Shown piece after piece: positions 39,875 to 54,597 of a stretch of DNA of 64,000 nucleotides. The notes under the pieces were generated by a model. It saw nothing but the letters and a program-made list of their open reading frames with translations, ran no database searches and was not told the DNA's origin. Position numbers and translations under genes: made by a program. The stretch is taken from assembly GCA_951406725.2 (NCBI GenBank), contig OX597821.1:23126001-23190000 (forward strand), read 5' to 3'. The number at the start of each line of letters is the position of its first letter. Position 1 is the first letter of the stretch. Origin of the DNA: Octopus vulgaris. Taxonomy: Eukaryota.

Positions 39875-42800
39875 CGATGTTTGAACGGAGATGTGTCGAT
39901 ATGTGTTGCATCCAAGAAGTAAGGTGGAGAGGAGGTTCTGCTAGGTTCCTCACAGGCAAAGAACAGAAGTACAAGATTTTCTGGGCAGGGAACACTGGCG
40001 GGGTTGGAGTGTGGGCATACTTCTTGCGGAGAAATGGGTACATAATGTAATTGAGGTAGTCAGAGTATGCGACAGAATACTTAAGATTAGATTAGTGCTC
40101 CATCATGGGTTAGCAACCATTATCTCGGCCTATGCCCCTCAGCCAGGGCTACCCTGATGGACAGAAAAACCGATTCTATGACACTCTCATGCAGACTACC
40201 GCGTTGACGAATGACAGGGACCTTCTCTTTGTGGCTGGTGACTTCAATGGACATGTTGGACAACATGTCGTTGGCTTCCATGGCATACATGGAAGCTACG
40301 GTTTTGGCCCTCGCAATGAGGAGTGAACCAGGCTGCTGGAGTTCTGTGATGCAAATGATCTTATGGTTTGCAATACTAACTTCAGAAAACCTGCCAGTCA
40401 CCTAGTCACCTACCGCTCTGGCAGACACACTAGTCAAATTGACTACATCCTCACAAGAAAAAGGGAATGATGGCTGCTTATAAATGCCAAAACCTTCCCA
40501 GGCGAAGAATGTACCTCACAGCATAGACTGGCAGTTAGTGACTTCAGGACCAGAGCTAAATGGATGCCCAGAAGACGACCAGCAAGGAGAAGAAAAGTCT
40601 GGAGACTTAAAGATCCTGCAAATGGACAGAGATTTAGAGACGTATTACTCGAAGCCTTTGACGAAATAGAAGGGGATATAGCTTCACATGGTGTAGAAGA
40701 CAACTGGAGGTTTCTACGGGACAACCTGCTAAGGGCCACCGACCAGATCTGTGGATGGTGCAAAGTCCCTTCTCGACCCAAAATAACGTGGTGGTGGAAC
40801 AGCGCTGTTGACAGTGCTATTAGACAAAAGAAACAGGCTTCGAAGGACTGGAAGAACAGTGGTAGCAGGGAATTGTATCAGACTGCCTGAAGGGAAGCTA
40901 GGAAGCAGGTTTATTTAGCCAGAGGGGAAGCAGATAAGAAAAAATTTGCCAATGTTCTGCGCCGTGAGGACCGAAGACTTGAGGTATTTCGTGTTGCAAG
41001 ACAGTGCGTGAGAGAGAATCGTGATGTTGTAGGAGAGAAATGTGTCCTCCTGGATGATGGTTCACTTGCGTTAAATGAGGATGCAATGGGAGAGGTTTGG
41101 AGATGCCACTATGAAAGGTTGTTGAATAAAGAAAATGAATGGGAGAAAGAGAGTCTGCCGAATGTCGACCCAACAGAGGGACCAGCTATCAGAGTTGACA
41201 GTTCCTTGGTAGATATAGCAATTAAAAGTATGAAGACAGGGAAAGCCCCAGGCCCATCAGGAATTACTGCAGAGATGCTCAAAATATCTGGCAGTGTCGG
41301 CTATAGCCTAGTCACCCGTATAGTTAACCAGGTGACACACGAAGGAGTCATACCCAATGACTGGTGTAGCAGCATAATAGTCAACTGCTATAAAGGTAAA
41401 GGTGACGCTTTAGATACAAGTAATTACAGAGGTATAAAGCTGTTGGATCAGGTAATGAAGGTCACGGAGAGGGTCATAGCCCAACTGATTACGGAGAGAG
41501 TCAGTTTGGATGAGACGCAGTTTGGTTTCGTGCCAGGGAAAAGCACCACTGATGCCATATTTCTGGTAAGACAGCTGCAGGAGAAATACCTAGCCAAAGA
41601 TAAGCCCCTGTACCTAGCTTTCGTTGACATGGAGAAAGCCTTTGACAGGGGCTCCCAATCCCTTATCTGGTGCTCAATGAGGAAACTAGGGATAGATGAA
41701 TGGTTAGTGAGAGCTGTGCAAACCATTTACAGGGATGTTGTCAGTAAGGTGAAGGTTGGCAACGACTACACAGAACAATTCAGGTTAGAGGTAGGGTCCA
41801 CCAATGTTCAGTCCTCAACTCCCTCCTATTTTTCATAGTCTCCAGGCAATAACGGAGGAATTCAAGACAGGATGCCTCTGGCAGCTCCTCTATGCTGATG
41901 ACCTTGCCCTAATTGCTGAGTCACTATCAGAACTAGAGAAGTTTCAAGTGTGGAAACAAAGATTAGAATCGAAGGGCCTTAGAGTCAACCTAACTAAAAC
42001 CAAAGTCCTAATAAGAAGGAAGGCAGGCAAACCACAAATCCCTTCAGGTAGATGGTCCTGCTCAATCTGTAGTAGAGGCGTAGGTAGAAACTCTATAAGA
42101 TGTACCCAGTGTAAGCTATGGATACATAAGAGGTGCAGTAATATCAAAAGAAGGCTAACTGGGAATATAGTTTTTGTATGTGTCAGATGCTGAGGAGCAA
42201 TAAACACTGAAAATGCGCAGAGAACAGCTTCCGCCACATTTCAGGGAGAAAAACTAGAAGTAGTTGATAGCTTCCATTACCTAGATGATCAAGTCAGTAG
42301 CGGGGGAGGGTGCGCTGAAAGTGTAGCTGCTAGAACAAGAATAGCTTGGGCAAAGTTCAGAGAGCTCTTACCTCTGTTGGTGACAAAAGGCCTCTTGCTC
42401 AGAGTAAAAGGTAGACTGTATGATGCATGTGTACGAACAGCCATGCTACATGGCAGTGAAATATGGGCTGTGACTTCTGAGGACATGCGTAAGCTCGCAA
42501 GGAATGAAGCCAGTATGATCCGATGGATGTGTAATGTCAGTGTGCATACTCGACAGAATGTAAGTACCGTGAGAGAAAGGTTGGACCTAACTATCATCAG
42601 ATGTGGTGTGTGCAAGAGAGACGACTGCGCTGGTATGGTCATGTGGCGAGAATGGATGAGGATAGCTGTGTGAAAAAATACAACACCCTAGCGGTTGAGG
42701 GAACCTGTGAAAGAGGTAGACCCAGGAAGACCTAAACGAAGTAGTGAAGCACGACCTTCGAACTTTAGGCCTCACCAAGGAAATGACTAGTGACCGAGAC

Positions 42801-43420
42801 TTTTGGAAATATGCTGTGCTTGAGAAGAACCGGCAAGCCAAATGAGACCATAACCTCGTGGCCTATGCCAGGAGCATAACCAGCCCACTTATGCGTACCT
42901 TTTCCTTCTTTGGACACTAAACTCTGCTTGCGAAGACCTGTTAAGGCAAGTGAAATCAAAATCAAAATCAAATTCGATGACTGGCAGCGGGGTGCAAAGA
43001 GCACCATACGAGTGTGATCGTTGACAGAGCGGCTAACCGGCTTCCGTGCCAGTGGCACATAAAAGGCACCAATTGAGTGTGATCGTTACCAGCGTCGCCT
43101 TACTGGCACTTGTGCCGTGCTAGTAGGGTGCCAAGAGCACCATCTGAGCGTGATCGTTACCAGCATCGCCTTACTGGCACCTGTAAAAATATTTGAGCGA
43201 GGTCGTTGCCAGTACCGCCTGACTGGCCCCGTGTCGGTGGCACGTAAAAAGCACCCACTACACTCTCGGAGTGGTTGGCGTTAGGAAGGGCATACAGCTG
43301 TAGAAACTCAGCCAGATCAAGATTGGAACCTGGTACAGCCATCTGGTTCGCCAGCCCTCAGTCAAAATCGTCCAACCCATGCTAGCATGGAAAGCGGACG
43401 TTAAATGATGATGATGATAA
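39875..43420 (+). mobile_element. RTE-clade LINE, 5'-truncated, with stops and frameshifts
   Basis: APE motifs (CIQEVRW, VAGDFNGHVG, SQIDYIL), RT motifs (KAPGPSG, NYRGIKLL, QFGFVPGKSTTDAIF, AFVDMEKAFDR, LLYADD), 3' UTR with ~60-bp tandem repeats and (GAT)n tail. Confidence 0.95.
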
Positions 43421-43884
43421 TGATACATATATATATACATACATAGATATACATATATATATATACACACACACATATATATATATATATATCCCTGAGT
43501 ATATATACACAAGCATTGAGAAAACTGTACTGATGCAATCAAAATTTGAAGAGCTGGATAGATTACTCTAAACTTCATCCAAGAGAGGATATTGTACACC
43601 ACTCACCTCTAGATGCTATTAAATATCTCATGTTTATGTCCAGACTAGATAAATTGTCTACCACAGAGGACCTCATAAAACTTGTGGACAATTTGCAAGA
43701 AACAAAACACCAAGAATTGATTGCATTTGAGTTTTGAAAAGTACCAAACCAGTTTTCCTCAAACATTTTCCCAATCATTGTTTGAAACAGGGTGCAGTTT
43801 CACAAGATTTGGTTGGTTGCCAACATTGTCGCAATACACAAGATCAAAGGCAATACAATTAATTGCAATAACTAGAGGCATAAT

Positions 43885-44100
43885 TAAGGTGGTGAACTGG
43901 CAGAATTGTTTGCGCACCAAGTAAAATGCTTAGCACCATTTCGTTTGTCTTTACGTTCTGAGTTTGGATGCTGCCTGGGTCGACTTGCCTTTCATCTTTT
44001 CAAGATTGATAAAATAAGTACCAGTTGAACAGTGGTGTTAAAGTGATTGACTTACCCTCTCCCTCGAAATTGCTGGCCTTGTGCCAAAATTTGAAACTAA
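43885..44100 (+). mobile_element. SINE family D
   Basis: GGTGGTGAACTGGCAGAATTG head and TTGCCTTTCATC...GATAAAATAAGTACC core. Confidence 0.7.
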
Positions 44101-44139
44101 TAACTCGAGGCAATAACTCTTTCCAGGATATTTGGGTAA

Positions 44140-44345
44140 TTCTCTGATAAGATAATGTTGCAAAAACTTCAGAAAGCAACTAACAGAGTATCTTGATTTG
44201 TAGTTTGGCTGTCTCACCTAAAGATTCACTAAAGACATGTTTTCATTGCATCAACTTCAAGGAAAGTGCCAAACCCAGGAACAAGCCACTGCATCTGGCC
44301 TTTGTTGACCTAACAAAAGCCTTTTGAACTCATTTGTAGAAACAG
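44140..44345 (+). pseudogene. Old RTE-like reverse transcriptase fragment
   Basis: DMFSLHQLQGKC...NKPLHLAFVDLTKAF. Confidence 0.6.
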
Positions 44346-44487
44346 ACATTTAATCCTTTTAATGCAGAAATCAGATATATCCACTCAATATTTCATTACC
44401 TTTCACTGTATAAAACTGTTTTATAAATCAATTTTTTGTTGAGAAATGTCTTGTTTGAAAGGCTTTTTTTTTTTTGGAGATTCTTTT

Positions 44488-44845
44488 TTCTTTTACTTGT
44501 CTCAGTCATTTGACTGCGGCCATGCTGGAGCACCACCTTTAGTCGAGCAAATCGACCCCGGGACTTATTCTTTTGAAGCCCAGTACTTATTCTATCGGTC
44601 CCTTTTGCCGAACCGCTAAGTTACGGGGACGTAAGCACACCAGCATCGGTTGTCAAGCAATGCTAGGGGGACAAACACAGACATACACACACACATATAT
44701 ATATATTCCGTCTACCAAATCCACTCACAAGGCATTGGTCGGCCCGGGGCTATAGCAGAAGACACTTGCCCAAGATGTCACGCAGTGGGACTGAACCCGG
44801 AACCATGTGGTTGGTTACTACTTACCACACAGCCACTCCTGCGCC
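44488..44845 (-). mobile_element. SINE family A
   Basis: Reverse-complement match. Confidence 0.9.
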
Positions 44846-46336
44846 TATGTGTCAAGTTCATTACAATACAGCATGACTTTGCAGAAAAACCAATTCTTTT
44901 TTTTTTTTGGTAGATATCTAAAATTTTTGCTGGAAAAACCATGATATAATCTGGATATATCAAATGTCTTCTGCTTTGAAGATGGTAGATTCAATTTTAG
45001 GGCAACTTAGCTACCAATTCTAGCAGTTCATGCTACCATGTTGAGACTCCCTCTTTGGCAAGGGATGATAATGTCATTAATGTTGATGATGATGGAGGGG
45101 GTAATATTGATAATAATGACTATGACAACAGCGGTGAAGATGATGATAACGGTAATAATAATAATAATGTGGATGATGATGGTAATAGTGATGGCAATAA
45201 TGAAGGTGGGAATGAGAACTAGGCTGATAACACTGTGTAACAAAACTTTCATTGTGTGTTTTGTCTTTGGTTAGTAAGTGTTTATTTCCTATTTGCTTCT
45301 ATCTAGAAATCAAAGGAAATTACAACTATTCCTTAAAAACTTTGCTCTTGTGACCTAGACATCAATGTTTTGAAACTGACCTACTTTCCATGACATTTCA
45401 AACAGATTCAGTGCTGATTTGCTGAAACAGAAATATCGTTGTAGTAAATATTCCACTTGATACCACTGATTGCTGGTCATTTGCTTGACCATAACCACCT
45501 GAGCATGTCCCTTAGTGGCTGACAACATGTGTATCTCTGATCATGAGCAGGAGCAGTTGGGGAGCATCATAGCCATGTATTGAGAGGGATTCTTTGGGAT
45601 TTGAATAAATGTAAGAAAAGAGCAAAGTTTGAAGAAAATATTAGCCATTTTTTATAGTTTCTAGGTGTAAAGAAATAGGAAATAACAGTTGCTACCTTAG
45701 AACAAAAATTATATTACACAGTGCAATGAAGGTAGTAATGATAAATATGATGGTGTTTATGATAATGATTATGGCTATAACAATATATTTGGAAAAGTAA
45801 TGATAAAAATAAGACAAACAACATATATAACCAACAACAATAATGGTATTTAATATCAAACAGTATCAAAAAAGTAACAAATATATAATGTGTATATATA
45901 TATATATAATAAACAACTTGAAACATATGCAATATATCATTATTGTTATTATGGTTTTAATAGTTTTTTTTTCATTTAAATAATATTAAAAAATAACAAA
46001 AGCATTATCATTATTATTATAACAATATTGTTTAATATATTGCTACAAGGCCTGTAGTTTGAAGGTGACATGTGTGTATTAACGGACTGAATCAACCCTC
46101 CATACATAACTGGTACTTCATAGTAAAACAACCTTCACATATACATGTATACACTCTTACTTGTTGCAAAAATGGGAGGCTCAACACACATTCCATATGT
46201 TGATATTTTTTCTGAACCAAATTTTTAATTCACCTGAAGAAAACAGTTTTTTTATGATGTAATAGGTTTATTCATCAATAAAAAAAACCGCTCCGGAAAC
46301 AGCTTAACTCATTTGTGTTCTTTCTTTATACACACA

Positions 46337-46376
<40 letters not shown>

Positions 46377-47208
46377 ATATATAGATAAAAAAACATGTCT
46401 GAAACAGCTGTAGTGAACCTCAACCCATTTGTGTTCTTTCTTTATACACACACATACATATAAACACACACTCATATATACATATTCACATTGGTTGAAT
46501 AAACCATCAGGTGAATATTTAAGTCCTAGTCAACAAGAATTTTACAAAAAGTTTGACTGTACTCTCAGTAGAGTCCTTCCATTTCACCATCAGTAAATGT
46601 GTGTTATTTTTAAAGTTGCTTTAAAAGGACATTTAGATATATACATACATGATACAATTACACCAACACATGCTTATATATATATATATACATAATACAC
46701 ATACATTCATAATTTGTATATACTTTACAAAATTTTTACATAATTTACACAAAATTTTATGAGTTTTCAAAATAATGAAATGACAATGCATTCACCTCAC
46801 TCAATATTACTTGTTCTGTAGAGATGGCCATGGTAATTGTAGCTATAAAACAAAACTAAATTGGTCGGACTGATATGTCAAACTGTCTTTTAATCAGACA
46901 GGTTCCTTCTCAACAGATAAACTACAGCAGCCATCACTTGTGAGAAACAATTGATAACACGTACTGTACTTTTGTGAATTATTATGGGTGGCTCCTAAGT
47001 TAATGCAAACAGACACAGACAGCCATTCAACTTCTCCTGCTCTTGATCCAGCAGAATATCTAGAATGTGAAAACTAGGAGAGAGAGGTGTACTAGCACTA
47101 AGTTGGGCTGTGGGAACTTGAACAACATGAAATGAAATGAACACATGCTGCCCAGTCCAGGAACTGAACCTATGATATCATGATTACGAGCTCACTACCT
47201 TAGCCACT

Positions 47209-47241
<33 letters not shown>

Positions 47242-49009
47242 CCCATTGTGTGGTACTTTAGTCCTGGGTTGACCAAAGCCGTGAGTGCATCTGGAACATA
47301 GAAAAAGAAAGAAGCTAATCATATATATGCATATATGCATATGTGTGTAGGTGCACACTCATGTTTTGACATCATATGACAGTTGTAAATGAGCATCACT
47401 GTCATACAAGTGGTGCTGTTTATTTGCAGTCTCCCATGAAACACAGGTGAAGATTGGTAACAGGAAAAGCATTCAGTTTTAAAATATCTGTCTAAACAAA
47501 CTCCATCTGACCCAAGGCCTTTGTAGCAGTATTACAGGTCCTGGAACCTGTAGTATTCATTTATTGAACCACATCACGCTATGCATAGACCGAGAATTGG
47601 GTCCAGTAATTTTCAAAATGATAACCATGCCGGTGTACTTTAAAATTTCAGAAGCAGTAGGATGTACACACACACACACATTGTTAATCAAACAACTGCT
47701 TAATTTGAACAAACCACGTAGCAATGTGTCCAAATATATAACTGGTACCTAATATTCTATTAACACATCTTGCTCTCACATGGTATGAAAGCTGAAAGAA
47801 TAAAATGCAGAATCAAATGCCCTGATGTCTAAGATGGAGAGGCTGCTATGTATGTAGACAATCTAAACCTGTATCTCATTAACTCTGATTGGTTAATGAG
47901 CATTTACCAAATCACCGATAACACTAGCTAGCAGATATGCTGTATCTCCTCCCACTCTTTCTTCTGCTATTACTACATTATTACAACAGTTTCTGCTTCT
48001 TTGAACTAATTGTAAGCTAAGTAGCACTAGAGCTCAACATATTCTGATTTGTACTGTGTCTCAGAACCCTATACTATCTTTTATGAAACATTTCACCAAG
48101 TTCTTCTTTTTCCAAATAAGGAATTTCTTAGGACCTCATCCTTTGCTGTCCACATCTCTCTCTCTCATTTTTTTTATATTCACTACACACACTGACCATA
48201 CAGATTCAAGATGGACAACAACCACACTGATCTCACCTCTATGGGAAGGTAAGCCTGCAACAAAGGATACATGGCTATTGACCATCAGAAAAAAAAAAAA
48301 GAGGAAAAACTTTATTATAATGTCAATCATAGTTTCAAATGTCTGTATTTGCTTACTCTTTCACAAGTCAAATGCCATGCCAGGTCAATTTTGGGCCTCC
48401 CACACTACCAAAAATATAAATATATAAATAAATAAAATTTAAAAGCAAAGCAGTATGGTAACCAAAATCAGACCAGACCAAAACCAAACTGCACTGACAA
48501 AAATTTACACTTTGGGACAATATGCCCTCACTTAACAGATACAATAAGGTCAAACTTTGAAATGAAGGTTTAACATCAAACAGCAAATTTTAATGATGGT
48601 CAAATATGTTGAAGATCTTACACTTCTGTCTTCTTTGCATTGCTGTAGCTTCCTCAACCAGTGCAGAAATTTGCAATATTCAACAAACATCTGCATTAAA
48701 CATATATAAAATATTCTCTTTAGGAGATGGTCCATAAAAGAGTATTGAGCACTTAGGTACTTTACATGGAAAAAAAAAAGTACAGTATCCAACTACTTCC
48801 TTATACCATTCATTATTATTATTATTATTGTTGTTGTTGGACAAATATGTTACATATCATGGACAAGAAACTGGTAGCCTGATGAGAATACATAGTTGTT
48901 GCATTTCTGTCCAAGAATTGCGATACATTTTTGAATTATAATAATAAATTTGTGGTTATATCTCACTTTGCAAGAGCACTCTTTATTTTGGGATTTAGCA
49001 TCGCAGGAT

Positions 49010-49054
<45 letters not shown>

Positions 49055-49296
49055 TATTCATTCATACATATACATGCACACATGGTGCAGCAGAAAAAAA
49101 AAAACTCCCTTTTTTTCAATGGTTACAGATGTGACAAGTAAAATTAGGCATTTGATAATGGTGTTGCCATGGGATTAATTTTTTTTCACCAGTTACCAGT
49201 ATGGATTGATCCAGTGTGTTAGTTCATCAGAGCATGCAAACTGTTGCTTGCAGTTCACCCAGTCACACTTGAATGCACTGTTGAAATATATATTAA

Positions 49297-49485
49297 CCCT
49301 TTAGAATTCACACCAGCGCAGGAGTGGCTGTGTGGTAAGTAGCTTGCTAACCAACCACATAGTTCCGGGTTCAGTCCCACTGCGTGGCATCTTGGGCAAG
49401 TGTCTTCTGTTATAGCCCCGGGCCGACCAATGCCTTGTGAGTGGATTTGGTAGACGGAAACTGAAAGAAGCCTGTCGTATATATG

Positions 49486-49516
<31 letters not shown>

Positions 49517-49904
49517 ATGTGTTTGTCCCCCTAGCATTGCTTGACAACCGATGCTGCTGTGTTTACGTCCCCGTCACTTAGCGGTTCGGCAAAAGAGACC
49601 GATAGAATAAGTACTGGGCTTACAAAGAATAAGTCCTGGGGTCGATTTGCTCGACTAAAGGCGGTGCTCCAGCATGGCCGCAGTCAAATGACTGAAACAA
49701 GTAAAAGAGTAAAGAGATATCTGGCTTGATTATTCAACTGGTTTTATGTTAAAACTGCCCAGATCTGACTTCTCACAGCTATCCTATAATGTCTTTCTAA
49801 AACTATGCAGTCACATCATGAAAATGCCTTAGCTACAAGATTAACTCAAAACAATGTGAATTAATAGGCAATACATTTGAGAGAATATTCTGAATGCTAA
49901 AGGA
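49297..49904. mobile_element. piggyBac-like MITE interrupted by a SINE
   Basis: TTAA|CCCTTTAGAATTCA ... TGAATGCTAAAGGA|TTAA; related decayed copy about 51250-51965. Confidence 0.65.
49316..49713 (+). mobile_element. SINE family A
   Basis: Near full-length match. Confidence 0.9.
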
Positions 49905-50612
49905 TTAAGAATGGTGAATCTGGGAGGTTTTTTTGGCGCATCCAGTACATACATACACACATACCTGTGTGTATGTTATCATGGTAAAATGCTATAAAAT
50001 GGTTGGTGATATAAAAAGCAGCCAGCAGTTTAAAAAAATCCAGGCAAAAAACAAAAACAGATATGGAGGAGACATGGATCTCAAAAGTTGTGATGGTCAC
50101 CTGGCTAGGAGAAGAGTAACTGAATAAAAGCTGAAACTTCATTGAGAAAACACGTTAGTCTTTGAAGACAACCTCTATAAACACAGCCAGTTCGTCAGTC
50201 CATATTGTGAAGTATCTGGTAAGACAAAGGGCATCCAGCCGTGACATCACTGGCGACCGACTTAGCATACAAAACAACATAGACTGGTGGGTTTTCTCTG
50301 TTGTTGTGTATGGCAGATGATGAAAGACTACGAATAAGTAGAGAGATACTGTACCAGAACAAACCCTTCCTGTCAAATCTATGCCAGTATGGCAAAACAG
50401 ATATAAGCCAATGATGACGATGATAATGATGACATGTATATAGATGTACACATTTATATACATATCTATATGCGTATACATGTATATTTATATTTCATCA
50501 GTTTCACTGAATTACTTTCTGGTTTACCATTTTAGACTAAATCAGACAGTTTATGTTTATATATATATATATATATATGTCTGTGTGTGTGCGTGTATGC
50601 ATGTATATTATT

Positions 50613-50848
50613 TTATGAGATGTGAGGGGTATTGAAACTGTTGCTGCTGACGTTGCTTGACTGAGATTTCTGCTTGTTATGTGTCTTCACATGTTTGGTA
50701 CGGTGATCAGATCGCACAAAGCAACGTCCACATATGTGACACTTGAAATTCTTTTCACCTGTATGTGCCCTTTTGTGCCGTGTCAGTTCATCAGAGCGTG
50801 CAAACTGTTGCTTGCAGTTCATCCAGTCACACTTGAATGGTTTTTCAC
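50613..50848 (-). CDS. KLF10: KLF10/11 (cabut)-like factor, last coding exon (zinc fingers 2-3)
   Basis: Acceptor TCTCTTCTCCAG|GT; [57 protein letters not shown]...stop; phase matches upstream exon. Confidence 0.93.
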
Positions 50849-51397
50849 CTGGAGAAGAGAGGAAGTAAAAGTGAAATGTAAATAACAATTATTAATAATA
50901 ATGGTTTCAAATTTTGGCACAAGGCCATCAATTTTGGGAGTGGGGTTAAGTCGGTAACATCAACCCCAGTGTTCAAATGATACTTATTTTATGATCCTGA
51001 AAGGATGAAAAGCGAAGTTGACCTTAGTGGTGCTTGAACTCAGAATGTGAAGATGGACGAAATGTCACAAAGCACGTTATCTGCTGTGTTAATGATTCTG
51101 CCAACTCACTGCTTTAAATAATAATAATTCAAATTTTGGTTTGGTCAAGGCCAGCAATTTCAAAAAGGGGATATGTTGGTTCCATCAACCCCCAATGTTT
51201 GACTAGTAATTTGTTTTTTCAACCCCAAAAGGATGAAAGGTGAAGTAGAATGTCTGACCAAAATATTCTGCCTGTTATATGTTCAAGCTGGCCAGATTTG
51301 GTCTCTCACACATATCCTATAATGTCATTCCAAAAAAATTAAACAATCGCATCATTGAAATCTATAAGCTACAAGATAATTTACAATTAATTAAAAA

Positions 51398-51905
51398 TCA
51401 TCATCATCATCATTTAACATCCATTTTCAGTGCTAGCATGAGTTGAACAGTTTGACCGGGGTCTGGGAAGCCAGGAGGCTGCACCAGGCTCAAGTCTGAT
51501 CTGGCAGTGTTTCTACAGCTGGATGTCTTTCCTAACGCCAACCACTTCGTGAGTGTAGTGGGTGCTTTTTACATGCCACTGGCACAAGGGCCAGAGGAGG
51601 CTGGCAACGGCCACGATCGGTTGGTGCTTTTTACATGCCACCGGCACAGAAGCCAGCTAAGGTGGTGCTGGCATTGGCCATGTTCGGATGGTGCGTTTTA
51701 CATGCCACCAGCATGAGTATCACAACTGCAATTTCCATTTGATTTTTATTTTGATGTTGATGTACTTGACTCAATAGGTCTCCTCAAGCACAGCAGGTCA
51801 CCCTACGATCCAAGGTAAGCACAGCAGGTTGTTCTGCAATCCAAGGTACTTTGAATGGGCTGGGGCTGGTTGTGTGAAGCTGGTGTAGGATACAGCCATG
51901 AAATC
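51398..51905 (-). mobile_element. RTE 3' fragment (intronic)
   Basis: (ATC)n tail and match to the 3' end at 43236-43420. Confidence 0.8.
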
Positions 51906-52778
51906 TATTTGTCAAATAAATAAGCAATACATTTGACATAGCAATGTAAATGCCAAAGAGTTTGAAGTGATCTACATTAAAATCTTCTATCAAAATTTCA
52001 TATAAAATTTCATACAAAGTTTCAATCACCAGCTTCATAAGTTATTTTACTAAATTCTTCATTATTTTCAAAATTAAATGTAACAAAGGCAGTGTATTTC
52101 AAGAGGAATATGGCAATGAATGTGTTAATGTGTAACTAATATTTTGGTACTTTTGACAATAGTTTCTTTGAGATTAAAAAAATTTTTTTGTGAGCAGTTA
52201 AGTGTTATGTATGTAGTGTTGGGTATGGTAGTTGTTTTTTGTCCTTGGAAGCAATGCCTTTTCTGTCATCAACTACTGCAAAAGTTCAAGACACAGATCT
52301 CTTTGGCTCTATGCTTCAGTAGGCAGGTTCTACAAACTTCAGAATATGCTAAACTTCTACTGCATCACACTAGTGTTTCCCCTTTTTATCTTTTAAAGAA
52401 AACCCTAGGTACTGCTATACTTTTGTAACAACTGAATACTAGCCCTAAAAAAGGTAGAGGGAATAGTTTTAAAACAGAAATATCATCATCACCATTTCAC
52501 ATTCATTTTCTATGCTGGCAAAGTTTGGATGGTTTGACAGGAACCAGTTAAACAGAGGACTGCACCAAGCTCTTATATCTGCTTTGGCAGGATCTATGAC
52601 TAGATGTCCATTACAGAATATACTGAGGGCCTTTTAGGTAGCACCGGCATAGGTGAGGTCATCAAGTAACATGAAACAAGACAAAGAATGCCAAAACCGA
52701 GGGAGGCATAGTAATGAGAAGCAGAAAGACCCCATCAAATTTGAAGAAAATTACTTTTGGCAAGTAAAAGCCACTTAC

Positions 52779-53502
52779 CTGTGTGGTTCCTGATGTGGGT
52801 CTTTAGATGTGAACTCTTCTTGTAGGACTTGCCACAGTTGGCATATGGACAAACATGTTTTTTCTGCTTAATATCTGAAAAATGGCTGGAAAAGTTCTTA
52901 TTGGGGACTCCTGGAGCAGGGGCTGGAGCAATTGGGCACAGTCTGTCAGCAAGGGTTCTCTCAGGAAAATCCTTGGAATTCTTGTTCACTTGAAGAAACA
53001 CTATGTTTATAGCCAACTGGGGCGAGCAATTTCCAGGGTACAGTAAGATTGCTTGGTTTGCAGGAATAGGAGAAGCTGCAGCCGTAGTATTAGCAGCACT
53101 AATGGTGGCAGCCGAAGGTATATTGCACATTGTATCAGGTACAACTACAACAGCTTGGGCTGGCAAAGGAACTGCAGTGGGTGGTGCACCTTCTGAAGCA
53201 TATATAGGAATATTGTTTTTGAGAGGAGTTACAGGGTTTGACTGAAGTGTGGCAAAAGTACGACTCCTATCCTCTGGAAGGGTAGATGAAGGAGATAAGG
53301 AGGTGTTCAGTGAGTTACTGACAGCTCTATAGTTCACATTGCCTGTGCTAGTGATCACAGATTTTGGTATAGCAGCAGATTTTGTTCTGTCTTCCGATGA
53401 TGGTAATGGTTGAGTGTCATACAGAGATGAGATGGTGTTGTTCTTAAAAAGAGGTTTTATAACAGAGATTCTGTTGGATGGGTCCTTTTCACTGTTGAGA
53501 AG
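52779..53502 (-). CDS. KLF10: KLF10/11 (cabut)-like factor, long internal exon (Pro-rich region, zinc finger 1)
   Basis: Acceptor TTTTACCATTACAG|CTT, donor CAG|GTAAGT; open frame of 724 nt; LCPIAPAP motif; HVCPYANCGKSYKKSSHLKTHIRNHT. Confidence 0.92.
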
Positions 53503-53998
53503 CTGTAATGGTAAAATAAATATAGTGAAGGGTCATTATTGGAGAACACTGGATGGAGTATACTCAATCAACGTTTCTATTACACCCCACCACACACACA
53601 CATATAAATTTATATACATACACAAACTCATTCACATTCTAGCTATCTTGTCTATTAAAGTGAGGATCATGTATTGAAATAGCTTAGGATTCAAGGGCCC
53701 ACAGCTATTTAATGCCTTGCCAAAACATGAGGGGTCTTCATGGAGTAGAAACAACTCGACCTCCTTAGCTTATCAACCCCAAAAGGATGAAAGGCAAAAT
53801 TGACCTAGATGGAACTCAGAACATAAGGGCAGACGAAATTCCACAAAGCATTTTGCCTGACATGTTCACAATTCTGTCAACTTGCCACCTTAATAATAAT
53901 AATAATAATAATGATGATGCTGATGATGATGATGATGGTGGTGGTGATGATGGTGATGATGGTGATGATGATGATGATGCTGCTGCTGATGATGCTGA

Positions 53999-54041
<43 letters not shown>

Positions 54042-54043
<2 letters not shown>

Positions 54044-54597
54044 GCCCTGATGCACTCTCAGACAGTGGCTCTCATAGCTTTTGATCTTAACTGATTGGAA
54101 GTGTTATCATCTACATTGTTTTGTCTTGGTATAAAAGATGGGCTACAGCAAATATTCTGCTCAATACCACAGATTTGCTTGTCAGCCATGTGACCTTAAC
54201 CAATTAAGCATGTCCCTTAGTGGCTGACGATATGTGCATCTCTGACCACGAGCAGAAGTAGTGGGGGAGCATCATAGCCATGTGTTGAAAGGATTTCTTG
54301 GAGGTTTGGATAATTCATCTTTGGAAACGTGGGTGGTTCGTTCAACATCCTTAAACAATCTTTATTCAGGGACCTTTTGAGCGGGATGGACTACTTGACC
54401 AGCAGAAAATTCTAACTGGGCCCCACCTGCAAGGTCATGTGCTGCTTATCTTGATATGAGATCACCATGTCACGCACATATGGTTGTGATGCATGTGCCT
54501 AGTGTACCCTTAATTGACGGGTAGTCATGATGGGTATACTGGGCTTCGTATATTTTACCCCAGTGCCACTTTGATGGCATGCACTGCTCTCTCACTC
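54042..54597 (+). mobile_element. Full-length copy of the (TAA)n-associated 550-bp repeat (intronic)
   Basis: (AAT)n on both sides; inverse of 1099-1630. Confidence 0.85.
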
